This document shows, piece by piece, positions 39,252-48,701 of a stretch of 64,000 bases of DNA. This stretch comes from Bacteroidota bacterium (GTDB taxonomy: Bacteria; Bacteroidota; Bacteroidia; Chitinophagales; UBA8649): positions 40,371-104,370 of the forward strand of contig PKDX01000047.1 of the NCBI GenBank assembly GCA_002862745.1, read 5' to 3'. The translations under genes and the position numbers were made by a program. The notes under the pieces are model-generated. The model did no database searches. It was not told the origin of the DNA and saw only the letters and a list, made by a program, of their open reading frames with translations. How positions within the stretch are numbered: position 1 is the first letter of the stretch; every line of letters begins with the position of its first letter.

Positions 39252-40091
39252 ATGGAAAACACTCAATTGCAATCACTAGCTACTCAGACGCGCCGAGATA
39301 TACTCCGTATGGTGCATGCTGTTAGCTCAGGTCACCCTGGTGGTTCTATGGGTTGCACCGATTTCTTTATTTTGCTGTACCACGAAATTCTTCAGTTAAA
39401 TGAAGGTTTTTCGATGGATGGTGTGAATGAGGACGTATTCTTTTTATCCAATGGTCATATCAGCCCTGTATGGTACAGCACACTTGCTCGTCGAGGTTTC
39501 TTTCCCCTTGATGAGCTCAATACCTTTCGAAAAATTGATACAAGACTTCAAGGACATCCTACAACCCATGAGGGGTTGCCCGGGATTCGAGTTGCATCGG
39601 GATCACTTGGACAAGGTTTGTCTGTAGGAATAGGCTCTGCATTGACGAAGAAGTTAAATCGAGATGAGCATTTAGTGTACACATTACATGGCGATGGAGA
39701 ATTACAGGAAGGACAAATTTGGGAGGCAGTGATGTTTGCTGCTCATCATAAGGTGGACAATCTTATTGCTACAGTAGACTATAATGGCCAACAAATTGAT
39801 GGAGGTCTTGAGGATGTAATGAGTCTAGGTGATTTAGCTGGAAAATGGAAAGCTTTTGGCTGGCTTGTTCTCGAAATGAATGGTCATGATTTTGATGATA
39901 TGCGATCGACCCTTGAAGAGGCGAAGATGCTAACTGGTCAAGGAAAACCTATTGTTATTCTAATGACGACTGATATGGGGCATGGCGTTGACTTTATGTC
40001 GGGTACTCATGAATGGCATGGAAAGGCACCCAATGATGACCAATTAGAAGTGGCTTTAGGTCAACTTGAAGAGACGTTGGGGGATTACTAG
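39252..40091 (+). CDS. Transketolase, N-terminal (TPP-binding) subunit of a split transketolase
   Basis: Motifs SGHPGGSMG and HGDGELQEGQIWEAVMFAAHHKVDNL. The protein is 279 aa. Confidence 0.88.
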   Translation: MENTQLQSLATQTRRDILRMVHAVSSGHPGGSMGCTDFFILLYHEILQLNEGFSMDGVNEDVFFLSNGHISPVWYSTLARRGFFPLDELNTFRKIDTRLQGHPTTHEGLPGIRVASGSLGQGLSVGIGSALTKKLNRDEHLVYTLHGDGELQEGQIWEAVMFAAHHKVDNLIATVDYNGQQIDGGLEDVMSLGDLAGKWKAFGWLVLEMNGHDFDDMRSTLEEAKMLTGQGKPIVILMTTDMGHGVDFMSGTHEWHGKAPNDDQLEVALGQLEETLGDY

Positions 40092-40102
40092 GGGAGAGGT
40101 TG

Positions 40103-40140
40103 CTTTTGCTCATTTGCTTGAGCGAAAGTTCTTAATTATT
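40103..40140 (+). terminator. Possible intrinsic terminator after the transketolase N-subunit gene
   Basis: 10-bp stem CTTTTGCTCA/TGAGCGAAAG (one G-U pair) with loop TTTGCT. A T-rich tract TTCTTAATTATT follows, which is weaker than a canonical U-run. Confidence 0.4.
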
Positions 40141-40308
40141 CTTACTTGGGAGGAATCCACCCCCACCCATCCTCCCATTAATCTACCATTTCTTTTACAA
40201 CATGGCTTAAGAAAATGAGTATTCAGCAATTCACTTCACTCAACTAAAATCTCATTCCCCAACATCCTCATTTTCAGATAACTATTCATCATTTTGTATA
40301 TTTAAAAT

Positions 40309-43300
40309 ATGATGGATCAAAGTCCTTATTCACCAAAGAACAAGGTGCGCATAGTTACAGCTGCATCTCTCTTTGACGGGCATGACGCAGCCATTAATAT
40401 TATGCGTCGCATCATTCAATCAACGGGTTGCGAAGTCATTCATCTAGGTCATGATCGAAGTGTAGAAGAAGTGGTGAATGCTGCGATTAATGAAGATGCT
40501 CAGGCCATCGCTATGACATCCTATCAAGGTGGGCACAATGAGTACTTCCGTTACATGTATGACTTATTAAAGGAAAAAGGTGCCGAGCATATCAAGATTT
40601 TTGGAGGCGGGGGAGGAGTTATTCTACTAGAGGAGATAAAAGAGTTAATGGACTATGGAATTACTCGAATTTATTCTCCTGATGATGGTCGTGCAATGGG
40701 TTTACAAGGCATGATTAATAATCTGGTCTCTTCTGCTGACTTTCCAACAGGTGAGTACATCGCTGATGAAATGTGGTCGGTGGATAAGAATAATCCGTCT
40801 TCCTTGGCTCAAGTACTGAGTGCTGTAGAAAATTTTAACGATAAGTATGCTGTCCAAATTGAGGGTCTAGAGCAGGCCGCGGCTAAACTCGACACTCCAG
40901 TTCTAGGTATAACGGGTACAGGAGGGGCAGGTAAAAGCTCCTTAGTCGATGAATTTGTACGTCGTTTCCTACTAGACCAAGAGGATAAGCATATTGCTAT
41001 TGTTTCAGTTGATCCATCGAAGCGTAAAACAGGAGGTGCTTTGCTTGGTGATCGCATTCGTATGAATGCGATCAATCATCCGAGAGTATTTATGCGCTCT
41101 CTAGCAACTCGTCAAGCAAATCTTGCCCTTTCAAAGCACATTAATCAGATTGTTCAAGTCCTTAAGATTGCAGGGTATGACCTCATCTTGCTCGAAACTT
41201 CAGGGATTGGTCAAAGTGATACAGAAATTGCTGATCACAGTGATGTATCGATGTATGTAATGACGCCGGAATATGGCGCGGCTACTCAGCTTGAGAAAAT
41301 AGATATGTTGGACTTTGCCGACGTAGTGGCGCTCAATAAGTTTGATAAGCGGGGAGCCTTAGATGCCCTTCGAGATGTTAAAAAGCAAGTTCAGCGCAAT
41401 CGAGGATTATGGCACGACGATGTAGATTCTATGCCTGTTCATGGCACGATAGCCTCGCAGTTTAATGATCCAGGGACTAATGCGCTCTATCTCGCGGTAA
41501 TGCATCATGTGTCCCAACTTGAGGGTTGTACATCTTTAAAACCCTCTTCGCATTGGAATACTGATTTATCGGAGAAGATTCACATTATTCCACCCAAACG
41601 AATTCGATACTTATCCGAGATAACGGAAAACAATTCACGCTACGAAGAACGAGTCAACCATCAGGTAGCGCTTGCCTCTAAACTCGGTCAATGGACAGCT
41701 TTGCGCAGTGATCTATCAGAGACTGCCATGATGGACGAAGCGAATGCACGTATTGAGGCGTTGAAAAAAGACCTAGATGATCACCTTCTTGATGATATTC
41801 ATGCATGGGATACCATGATTAATGAGTATTCAGCTTCTGAATATAATTTTCAAGTACGGGATAAGACGATTTCAATAAAGACCCATACAACTTCACTCTC
41901 TCATCAAGAGATTCCAAAGATTGCCTTACCTAAGTTTACGGACTGGGGTGATCGTCTTCGGTGGTTAATGCGCGAAAATGTTCCAGGTAAATTCCCATAC
42001 ACTGCAGGAATATATCCCTTTAAGCGTCAGGGTGAAGACCCTACAAGGATGTTTGCTGGAGAAGGGGGACCTGAGCGTACCAACCGCAGGTTTCATTATC
42101 TGAGTGCAGATATGGCTGCTAAGCGATTATCGACAGCATTTGATTCGGTGACCTTGTATGGAAGAGACCCTGGTCTGCGCCCCGACATCTACGGAAAAAT
42201 TGGTAACGCAGGAGTGAGTGTCTGTTGTTTGGATGATGCAAAACGCCTTTATTCTGGTTTTGATCTCTGCGATCTGTCGACCTCGGTTTCAATGACTATT
42301 AATGGTCCCGCACCGATGGTTCTCGCCTTCTTCCTTAATGCTGCTATTGACCAACAGTGTGAGCTGTATATCAAAGAGCATGGTTTGGAAGATAAAGTAG
42401 AGGCGCTCAGGAAAGAGCGTTTTGGGGACAATCCACCCGTCTATCAAGGAGAGATTCCACATGGACACAATGGCTTGGGTACTCTCCTTTTGGGGGTTAC
42501 AGGAGACGAAATTCTTGATGCTAAGGTATACGCCGAGATTAAGGCAAAAACACTCCAAAGTGTTCGAGGCACTGTACAAGCTGATATCTTAAAAGAGGAT
42601 CAGGCGCAAAATACATGCATCTTCTCCACGGAATTTGCCCTGCGTCTAATGGGGGATGTTCAGGAATATTTCATTGATAAAAGAGTACGTAACTTTTATT
42701 CCGTATCGATTTCAGGATACCACATTGCTGAAGCAGGTGCTAATCCAATAACACAATTGGCTTTTACACTCGCTAATGGGTTTACCTATGTAGAGTATTA
42801 TTTGAGTCGTGGTATGGATATCAATGCCTTTGGACCCAATTTAAGTTTTTTCTTTTCAAATGGTATTGATCCTGAGTATGCCGTAATTGGTCGTGTTGCA
42901 AGACGAATCTGGTCCAAGGCTATGCGTGATATTTATGGCGCGGGACCTCGAGCTCAAATGCTGAAATATCATATCCAGACAAGTGGTAGGAGTTTACACG
43001 CTCAAGAGATAGATTTCAATGACATTCGAACGACGTTACAAGCGCTTTATGCCATCTATGACAATTGTAACTCACTGCATACCAATGCTTATGATGAGGC
43101 AATCACCACGCCCACTGAGGATTCAGTGCGTCGTGCGGTAGCTATTCAAATGATTATCAATAAAGAGTTAGGGCTTGCGAAAAACGAGAACCCATTACAG
43201 GGGTCATTTATCATTGAAACCTTAACTGATCTTGTTGAGGAGGCCGTTATGGCTGAATTCGACCGTATTACGGAGCGTGGTGGTGTCTTAGGAGCAATGG

Positions 43301-43665
43301 AAACCATGTATCAACGCGGTAAGATTCAAGAAGAGTCCTTGCATTATGAAACACTGAAGCACACGGGAGAGTATCCGATTATTGGTGTAAATACCTTTCT
43401 TTCCTCTAAAGGATCTCCAACCGTTATTCCTGGAGAGGTCATCCGATCAACCGAGGAGGAAAAACACGTTCAGATAGACACGGTTAAGGTTTTACATGAA
43501 GTGCACCGTAAGTCTTCAACTCAGGCTATTGATCGGGTTAAGAATGCCGCTGTACAAAATGAAAACATCTTCTCAGAGCTGATGGAAGCGGTGAAGTGCT
43601 GTACGCTGGGCCAGCTAACAGAGGCTATGTTTGAGGTAGGGGGTCAGTATCGAAGAAATATGTAG
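40309..43665 (+). CDS. icmF: Fused isobutyryl-CoA mutase (B12-binding domain + MeaB-like G-protein + mutase catalytic domain)
   Basis: N-terminal B12-binding region ([19 protein letters not shown]), P-loop [12 protein letters not shown] with NKFD, and a C-terminal acyl-CoA mutase TIM-barrel region. The protein is 1118 aa, and this architecture is diagnostic of IcmF. Confidence 0.88.
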   Translation: MMDQSPYSPKNKVRIVTAASLFDGHDAAINIMRRIIQSTGCEVIHLGHDRSVEEVVNAAINEDAQAIAMTSYQGGHNEYFRYMYDLLKEKGAEHIKIFGGGGGVILLEEIKELMDYGITRIYSPDDGRAMGLQGMINNLVSSADFPTGEYIADEMWSVDKNNPSSLAQVLSAVENFNDKYAVQIEGLEQAAAKLDTPVLGITGTGGAGKSSLVDEFVRRFLLDQEDKHIAIVSVDPSKRKTGGALLGDRIRMNAINHPRVFMRSLATRQANLALSKHINQIVQVLKIAGYDLILLETSGIGQSDTEIADHSDVSMYVMTPEYGAATQLEKIDMLDFADVVALNKFDKRGALDALRDVKKQVQRNRGLWHDDVDSMPVHGTIASQFNDPGTNALYLAVMHHVSQLEGCTSLKPSSHWNTDLSEKIHIIPPKRIRYLSEITENNSRYEERVNHQVALASKLGQWTALRSDLSETAMMDEANARIEALKKDLDDHLLDDIHAWDTMINEYSASEYNFQVRDKTISIKTHTTSLSHQEIPKIALPKFTDWGDRLRWLMRENVPGKFPYTAGIYPFKRQGEDPTRMFAGEGGPERTNRRFHYLSADMAAKRLSTAFDSVTLYGRDPGLRPDIYGKIGNAGVSVCCLDDAKRLYSGFDLCDLSTSVSMTINGPAPMVLAFFLNAAIDQQCELYIKEHGLEDKVEALRKERFGDNPPVYQGEIPHGHNGLGTLLLGVTGDEILDAKVYAEIKAKTLQSVRGTVQADILKEDQAQNTCIFSTEFALRLMGDVQEYFIDKRVRNFYSVSISGYHIAEAGANPITQLAFTLANGFTYVEYYLSRGMDINAFGPNLSFFFSNGIDPEYAVIGRVARRIWSKAMRDIYGAGPRAQMLKYHIQTSGRSLHAQEIDFNDIRTTLQALYAIYDNCNSLHTNAYDEAITTPTEDSVRRAVAIQMIINKELGLAKNENPLQGSFIIETLTDLVEEAVMAEFDRITERGGVLGAMETMYQRGKIQEESLHYETLKHTGEYPIIGVNTFLSSKGSPTVIPGEVIRSTEEEKHVQIDTVKVLHEVHRKSSTQAIDRVKNAAVQNENIFSELMEAVKCCTLGQLTEAMFEVGGQYRRNM

Positions 43666-43668
43666 TCT

Positions 43669-44616
43669 CTATAAAGAGCTCTTTCGCGCTGCGCGTTTTT
43701 CCCGTTTGGCGTAGCGATCATACATGGTAAAGACTCGACTTACATTAAAGCCAAAATGAATATCACCATCTAACCAACGTCCGGTGGTTTCACTCGCAAG
43801 GAATTTCTCGTGCATTCCTCGTGCATTGGTAAAGTGTAGTTGAAAGACATGTCCACCGGTTTCTAGATCAATACCCACGCTAAAGGCGTTACGCACTTTT
43901 TCACCCTGAATATCCGATTGGATTTGATTGCTTGGAAGAATCATGTAATACTCTGCATTAAAGCGCATAGCTTTGGTGAGTTTAATAGATGAACCAAGGC
44001 CCAAAGAGAATATGGTGTTTTTATCATTGGTAGACTGTACGAGGTTACGATGTACGAGGGTAGGGGTCACCTGTAAGGATAGCCAATCACCAAATTTTCG
44101 GGCGATCATTAGTTGGTAGGTGTAATACATCCGACTGCTAACTGGTACATCTATGTTTCCAAAGGGACGCAAGTCGGACCGAATCATGGCACTGGCCATG
44201 GCGGTAGCTGTAAAAGGGAAGGGTTTGGCTCCGTAGCGTTGCCGTAGAAAACGATACTTGATATGGCTATCATAGATTTTAGTGTAGGAAGAACGTCCTA
44301 TCCCAATATTGAGATTATCCGTAATACCATAATCTAGTCCTAGTCTCACCGTTGCATTATCCAATCCAAAAAGGTCTCGCCATCCTGTATTGAGTCTACC
44401 AAATCGGTGACCAATCAGCATTTGCATGACACCTTCTGCTTGAGTTTCTACCGTATGGCCGCTTACTATCCGTGTTCCTTTAAATGTGGCGATGGTGTAT
44501 TGCGTTAAGGGTTCTTCCTCTTCAGCAAGTAGATCCAGCAACTCCTCCTGACTTTGCGCCAATTGAGGAGTCATAAATGAGCATATAAATAGAATGAAAG
44601 AATAACGCAGGCGCAT
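43669..44616 (-). CDS. Putative outer-membrane beta-barrel protein (resembles DUF5777-type proteins; unverified)
   Basis: Signal peptide MRLRYSFILFICSFMTPQLAQ from ATG 44616. Alternating beta-strand pattern (GHRFGRLN...LFGLDNATVRLGLDYGITDNLNIGIGRSS). The C-terminal tail is basic. Confidence 0.5.
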   Translation of the reverse strand: MRLRYSFILFICSFMTPQLAQSQEELLDLLAEEEEPLTQYTIATFKGTRIVSGHTVETQAEGVMQMLIGHRFGRLNTGWRDLFGLDNATVRLGLDYGITDNLNIGIGRSSYTKIYDSHIKYRFLRQRYGAKPFPFTATAMASAMIRSDLRPFGNIDVPVSSRMYYTYQLMIARKFGDWLSLQVTPTLVHRNLVQSTNDKNTIFSLGLGSSIKLTKAMRFNAEYYMILPSNQIQSDIQGEKVRNAFSVGIDLETGGHVFQLHFTNARGMHEKFLASETTGRWLDGDIHFGFNVSRVFTMYDRYAKREKRAARKSSL

Positions 44617-44632
44617 AGAAGTGTGTTTGTTT

Positions 44633-45187
44633 CTAGGACTTAGGTTTAAGCTTTGCATTGACTCTAATCTCAATGGAAGATGATATATTGTCAATATACA
44701 TTGTGGGTATTTCTACATTGAAGTCTCCGAGTTCGATAAGAAATATAGCGCTTGCCGTAAGACTTTCATCATAACCTACCTCAAGTGTACCTTCTGAGCT
44801 TACCGTCTGTGTGATGCCGTGAATGGTTAGATCTCCGCTAACGGAAATTTCATAGCTTCCTGCCTTTGAAAAATCAACTTTTTCGATGTCTTCTATAGTT
44901 CCAGCAAATGTTGCTTTGGGAAATTTATGGGATTCAACGTAGCGTTCATTAAAATGCTCTTGCATTAATGCTTTTTCAAATTGGAAGGCATCCATAAGCA
45001 TGGAAAATTGAATCTGACTTGTAGAAACTTTAATAGCACACAATACTTGTTTGTTAGTGGCCTCTATATCTTCAAGAGGTGCATAGGAGTAAAAAGTGAT
45101 TTCCGCATTTCTAGTTGAATACATTTGGCCGTAGGATAGACTAAGACCAAGAATGCAAGTTGTTATTAGTGCAAAGATGTTTTTCAT
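44633..45187 (-). CDS. YceI-family (lipid/polyisoprenoid-binding-like) periplasmic protein
   Basis: Signal peptide plus a YceI-like core (FPKATFAGTI...ISVSGDLTIHGITQTV). Confidence 0.75.
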   Translation of the reverse strand: MKNIFALITTCILGLSLSYGQMYSTRNAEITFYSYAPLEDIEATNKQVLCAIKVSTSQIQFSMLMDAFQFEKALMQEHFNERYVESHKFPKATFAGTIEDIEKVDFSKAGSYEISVSGDLTIHGITQTVSSEGTLEVGYDESLTASAIFLIELGDFNVEIPTMYIDNISSSIEIRVNAKLKPKS

Positions 45188-45201
45188 AACGATACTGTGA
45201 T

Positions 45202-45579
45202 TTAGTTTTTACATGCTCCTTCGTCAAGCCATGTGCCAATTTTTTGAAGTTCCTCAGGAGTAAGCGGTGTTCCGATAGGCATCGCATAGGGCACCTGGTC
45301 AATCACCCAGCTTTTGAAGAGTCCATTATCTACATAAAATTTGACTTGGTCATAGGTTGTTAATTCGGATTGTGGTCCTCCACTGGCGTGGCATCCGCTA
45401 ATCGCACAGGATTGAACAATGATGGGCTCTATATCCGCCATATAACTTATAGTAGCGGAATCGCAAGGCGAAGTGGGTGGGGGTGGGTAGTTGTCTTCAA
45501 TGTTTTCATATTCACATTGTTGAAAGAGACAAACTGCAAAAAATGCAAGGGGACAAGCTGCTAAAATAGATGAACGCAT
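45202..45579 (-). CDS. Small lipoprotein-like protein with a CX4CH (CAISGCH) motif; possible haem c- or metal-binding protein
   Basis: Signal peptide and Cys (MRSSILAACPLAFFAVCLFQQC) from ATG 45579. Motif IEPIIVQSCAISGCHASGG...LTTY. I cannot assign a family with confidence. Confidence 0.4.
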   Translation of the reverse strand: MRSSILAACPLAFFAVCLFQQCEYENIEDNYPPPPTSPCDSATISYMADIEPIIVQSCAISGCHASGGPQSELTTYDQVKFYVDNGLFKSWVIDQVPYAMPIGTPLTPEELQKIGTWLDEGACKN

Positions 45580-45595
45580 GATAAAAAGGTAACCA

Positions 45596-46357
45596 TTATT
45601 CAATAAAACGAAGGGCATCCTCTACGAGAAGTTTCATTTCATCTGGATTTGTACCATCATAAAAACCGAGAATATCCGTCTGATTGCGCACAAGAAAGAC
45701 TTTAGAAGAATGAGCCTGATAGGCCATCTTACCCATACTTTCATCAAAGGGAAGTTTAAAGGTTTTTCGGTACAGTGTTAAGATTGTGGCTGAATCTCCA
45801 GTTAAAAAATCCCAGCGTCCCGGCAGCGCGTTATAACCCTTACTGTACTCCAAAAGACGTGCAACGCTGTCACGCTTAGGGTCAACAGATATTGAAAGAA
45901 TTTGAAAATCACCCTTATCAGCGAGTTGGTTTTGAACCTCTAAGAGGTTGTGGCTCACTGTAGGACAGATGCTTGGGCAATGCGTGAAAAAGAAAGTGAC
46001 AATGGACAATCCTTCTGTCATGTTGTACTCGTGAAAGGCTTCATTTAGCTGATTAACTAATTCAAATTTCGGAGCCATGGTGAAAATCGGTTCGTTGGAC
46101 CCCTGGGCTACACGAGTAGCGCTTTGTATACTTTGGATTGGGGATGTCATGTTGCCGGCTGAATCGTATTCAGGAGGGCTATCATGCCGTTGGTCATACG
46201 CAGTGGCTTCGGCGGTGTTGAAGTATTCGTCAGGAAGGGCTGAGCCATCGTCCTTCCTCTCTTCCACACGCTGTTTTGTGGCATCAAGATAGCCGCAACT
46301 ACTTAAAATTCCGCAGATAACTAGTAGTGCTAACAATGGTTTTATTGAACGCAACAT
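45596..46357 (-). CDS. SCO1/SenC-family thioredoxin-fold copper chaperone, lipoprotein
   Basis: Lipobox LSSCG. Sco CxxxC motif in FFFTHCPSICPTV. The conserved His region is downstream. Confidence 0.85.
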   Translation of the reverse strand: MLRSIKPLLALLVICGILSSCGYLDATKQRVEERKDDGSALPDEYFNTAEATAYDQRHDSPPEYDSAGNMTSPIQSIQSATRVAQGSNEPIFTMAPKFELVNQLNEAFHEYNMTEGLSIVTFFFTHCPSICPTVSHNLLEVQNQLADKGDFQILSISVDPKRDSVARLLEYSKGYNALPGRWDFLTGDSATILTLYRKTFKLPFDESMGKMAYQAHSSKVFLVRNQTDILGFYDGTNPDEMKLLVEDALRFIE

Positions 46358-46863
46358 TTGTATAAAATTAACTCTGTACTATTGCCATAAGCCTCCGCAA
46401 ATAGATCATCTTCGTTTGCGTCATCTTCAATGATAGTTTCGGTTTTTCCCTTACAATAACATTGCACGGTGATCTTGTCACCCTTGCTGTATGTGTTAAT
46501 CGTCATATTTTGTCTTAAAGCACAATTGATAATACTGTGGCTAGGTTCAGTTGTTGATCCTTCGAGGTGAAGATATTCTCCATCTTCCTCATCAATCTCC
46601 ATAATTTTTCCTGTTAATCGAACCGCATGCTCCTTTGCTTCAGAAAACTTTTCTTTCAATCGCTCAGTGGTCATATCCTTATGTTCTTCAAAGAATGTAA
46701 TGGCATCTGTATCAACTATAGGTTTGATGGAGCATGGATCGGTATACTCTCTTTCATATTCCATAAACCCATAGCCCAATCCCAGAATCGCTCCTAGGAC
46801 GATTAAGGAAAATAGGGCTACATATAAATCACGGTGCAGCGGATTGTAGAATCGTTTGATCAT
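46342..46863 (-). CDS. Membrane-anchored hypothetical protein, possibly OB-fold (tRNA_anti-like family)
   Basis: N-terminal TM helix LYVALFSLIVLGAILGLGYGF. The C-terminal pattern LTGKIMEI...GEYLHLEG...IINCAL...GDKITVQCYCKG resembles Bacteroidota tRNA_anti-like OB-fold proteins. It overlaps the Sco gene start by 16 nt. Confidence 0.35.
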   Translation of the reverse strand: MIKRFYNPLHRDLYVALFSLIVLGAILGLGYGFMEYEREYTDPCSIKPIVDTDAITFFEEHKDMTTERLKEKFSEAKEHAVRLTGKIMEIDEEDGEYLHLEGSTTEPSHSIINCALRQNMTINTYSKGDKITVQCYCKGKTETIIEDDANEDDLFAEAYGNSTELILYKCCVQ

Positions 46864-47024
46864 ATGGTGTTTACTTTAATGGCGTCACGCAGTACGTCCT
46901 CATTTCTAACAAAGGTATATGATGGCATGTATACGGACTCATTCGTTTTGAGTCTACAATATTCCCCATCTGTGCGTTAAAATAATCAATAATAAATCCG
47001 TAAGTTGAACAAATAAGGTAAAGT

Positions 47025-47465
47025 ATGCGCATTATTACACAATGGTTGCTGGTATGCTCAGTGTTAATGGGAGGAGTCTATCTTTTTCCATCCTCTGTGC
47101 AAATCGAACCATTGTATATGGTGCTTGTTCTTGGGGCGGTTATTCGAGTGCTTAATGCCACGCTGAGGCCTTTCCTTTTGTTGTTCACTCTTCCTTTTAC
47201 ACTATTTACATTAGGATTCTTCATCCTTGTAGTCAATGGTTTTGTTTTTCATTTGGCAGCTCGTTGGGTCGATGGTGTTTCCTATAGTTTTACTGCGGCC
47301 TTTCTTTTAGCCTTGGTCACTGCGGCCTTAGATTCGATGACTCAGGATAAAAAGAGGTCATCACCGAATGTTATCTTTCATCGATTTGGTGGCAAGCCAA
47401 CTCAAACGGAAAAAGATGAGATTGAAGATGTGCCATTTATTGAAGTAAAGGCTAAAAAAGAATAG
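47025..47465 (+). CDS. DUF360 / phage-holin-4_2-family membrane protein
   Basis: Four predicted TM helices with LNATLRPFLLLFTLPFTLFTLGFFILVVNGFVFHLAARWV, which matches the DUF360 pattern. Confidence 0.65.
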   Translation: MRIITQWLLVCSVLMGGVYLFPSSVQIEPLYMVLVLGAVIRVLNATLRPFLLLFTLPFTLFTLGFFILVVNGFVFHLAARWVDGVSYSFTAAFLLALVTAALDSMTQDKKRSSPNVIFHRFGGKPTQTEKDEIEDVPFIEVKAKKE

Positions 47466-47467
47466 GT

Positions 47468-47914
47468 ATGCTTCCGATTGTTTTTCTTGCGATGATGATT
47501 TCAGCCATTGTAGCGATTGTAACCCAAGTTTTTCGCTATAAACGACAGGCAAACTATGCATTAGAGCGATTTGCTGATGCTTTATGGGATGCGACCAACA
47601 AACTCAAGTTGGTACAACCTGAGTCGGAATATGAAGATGCCATTCAACGCAGTGCGGATTTACGTCCTAATGAGCTGCAACGGCTATATAAGCAATATTC
47701 TGTGCATCAAGACTTTACCTACACCGATGCTATGATTGATGCAAAGTGGCAGCGATTACATCGAAAATGGATAACGTCTCACGGATACTTGGAGCAATGC
47801 CTTATGGAGTATGAGTTGCTGGCAAAAAATTTCAACCTCTCTCTGACGATTTTTCCTTATCGCGCTGTGGCTTTCCTTTTCGGAATTAAGCCGGTTATTC
47901 TGTTTAGAACATGA
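47468..47914 (+). CDS. Hypothetical membrane-anchored protein, divergent LemA-like
   Basis: N-terminal TM helix. The C-terminal YELLAKNFNLSLTIFPYRAVAFLFGIKP resembles the LemA C-terminus (YN..V..YN..I..FP....A..FGFKP). It is shorter than typical LemA. Confidence 0.4.
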   Translation: MLPIVFLAMMISAIVAIVTQVFRYKRQANYALERFADALWDATNKLKLVQPESEYEDAIQRSADLRPNELQRLYKQYSVHQDFTYTDAMIDAKWQRLHRKWITSHGYLEQCLMEYELLAKNFNLSLTIFPYRAVAFLFGIKPVILFRT

Positions 47915-47982
47915 CAAAATTTCAGCAAGGAAGGTTTTATTTTTAAAGGCATAGTTTTTGACCTTTTATTCTAAAAAAAATT

Positions 47983-48687
47983 ATGGATCTATATTTTGGT
48001 ATTCTCGTCATCTCCATTTTGTTTGGAGTACTAGGTATGATAGTTAGCGGGCGGCTAAAGCGAAAATTTGCCTATTACAGCCAGGTTGGTATACGTTCGG
48101 GAATGACGGGAGCTCAGATTGCACAAAAAATGCTTGAGGACCATGGTATTCACGATGTTACTATTGAATCTGTCCCAGGAAAACTAACTGATCATTATAA
48201 TCCATCAAATAAGACAGTTAACCTCAGTCCTGAGGTTTATCAAGGGCGCAGTGTCGCTGCAGCTGCGGTAGCGGCTCACGAGGTCGGCCATGCCGTTCAG
48301 CACGCTCAGTCCTATGCTTGGTTACAAATGCGATCCACTCTTGTCCCTTTTGTTCAGTTTAGTTCCAACATGATGCAATATGTTATGATGGCCGCGATGT
48401 TTGGCTTGTTTTCAGCTTCGGCTTTTGGATCTACAGGTATTTTAATTGCTGCGGGTCTTCAAGGAATGATTATGCTTTTTGCCCTTGTTACGCTTCCTGT
48501 TGAGTTTGATGCAAGCCGACGAGCCTTAGTTTGGATAACAGAAAGCGGGGTTGCTGGGCATCGCGATGAAGAGTATGCAGGAGCTAAAGATGCCTTATGG
48601 TGGGCAGGAATGACCTATATGGTAGCGGCTTTAGCAGCAGTAGCGCAGTTTTTGTATCTCGTCTTACTTTTTCTAAATAGACGCTAA
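47983..48687 (+). CDS. Putative neutral zinc metallopeptidase (Zn_peptidase_2 family membrane protein)
   Basis: HExxH in AAHEVGHAVQH, with flanking TM helices and family-typical length. Confidence 0.8.
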   Translation: MDLYFGILVISILFGVLGMIVSGRLKRKFAYYSQVGIRSGMTGAQIAQKMLEDHGIHDVTIESVPGKLTDHYNPSNKTVNLSPEVYQGRSVAAAAVAAHEVGHAVQHAQSYAWLQMRSTLVPFVQFSSNMMQYVMMAAMFGLFSASAFGSTGILIAAGLQGMIMLFALVTLPVEFDASRRALVWITESGVAGHRDEEYAGAKDALWWAGMTYMVAALAAVAQFLYLVLLFLNRR

Positions 48688-48701
48688 GGAAATAGCACGA
48701 A

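Noticed and set aside
40147-40177. An inverted repeat, TGGGAGGA-N15(C-rich)-TCCTCCCA, upstream of icmF. I considered a riboswitch (for example B12) or an attenuator.
   Set aside because: It is a single 8-bp stem with an unstructured C-rich loop. I could not recognise a conserved cobalamin-riboswitch core (B12 box), and the 217-bp region is too short and simple for that class.
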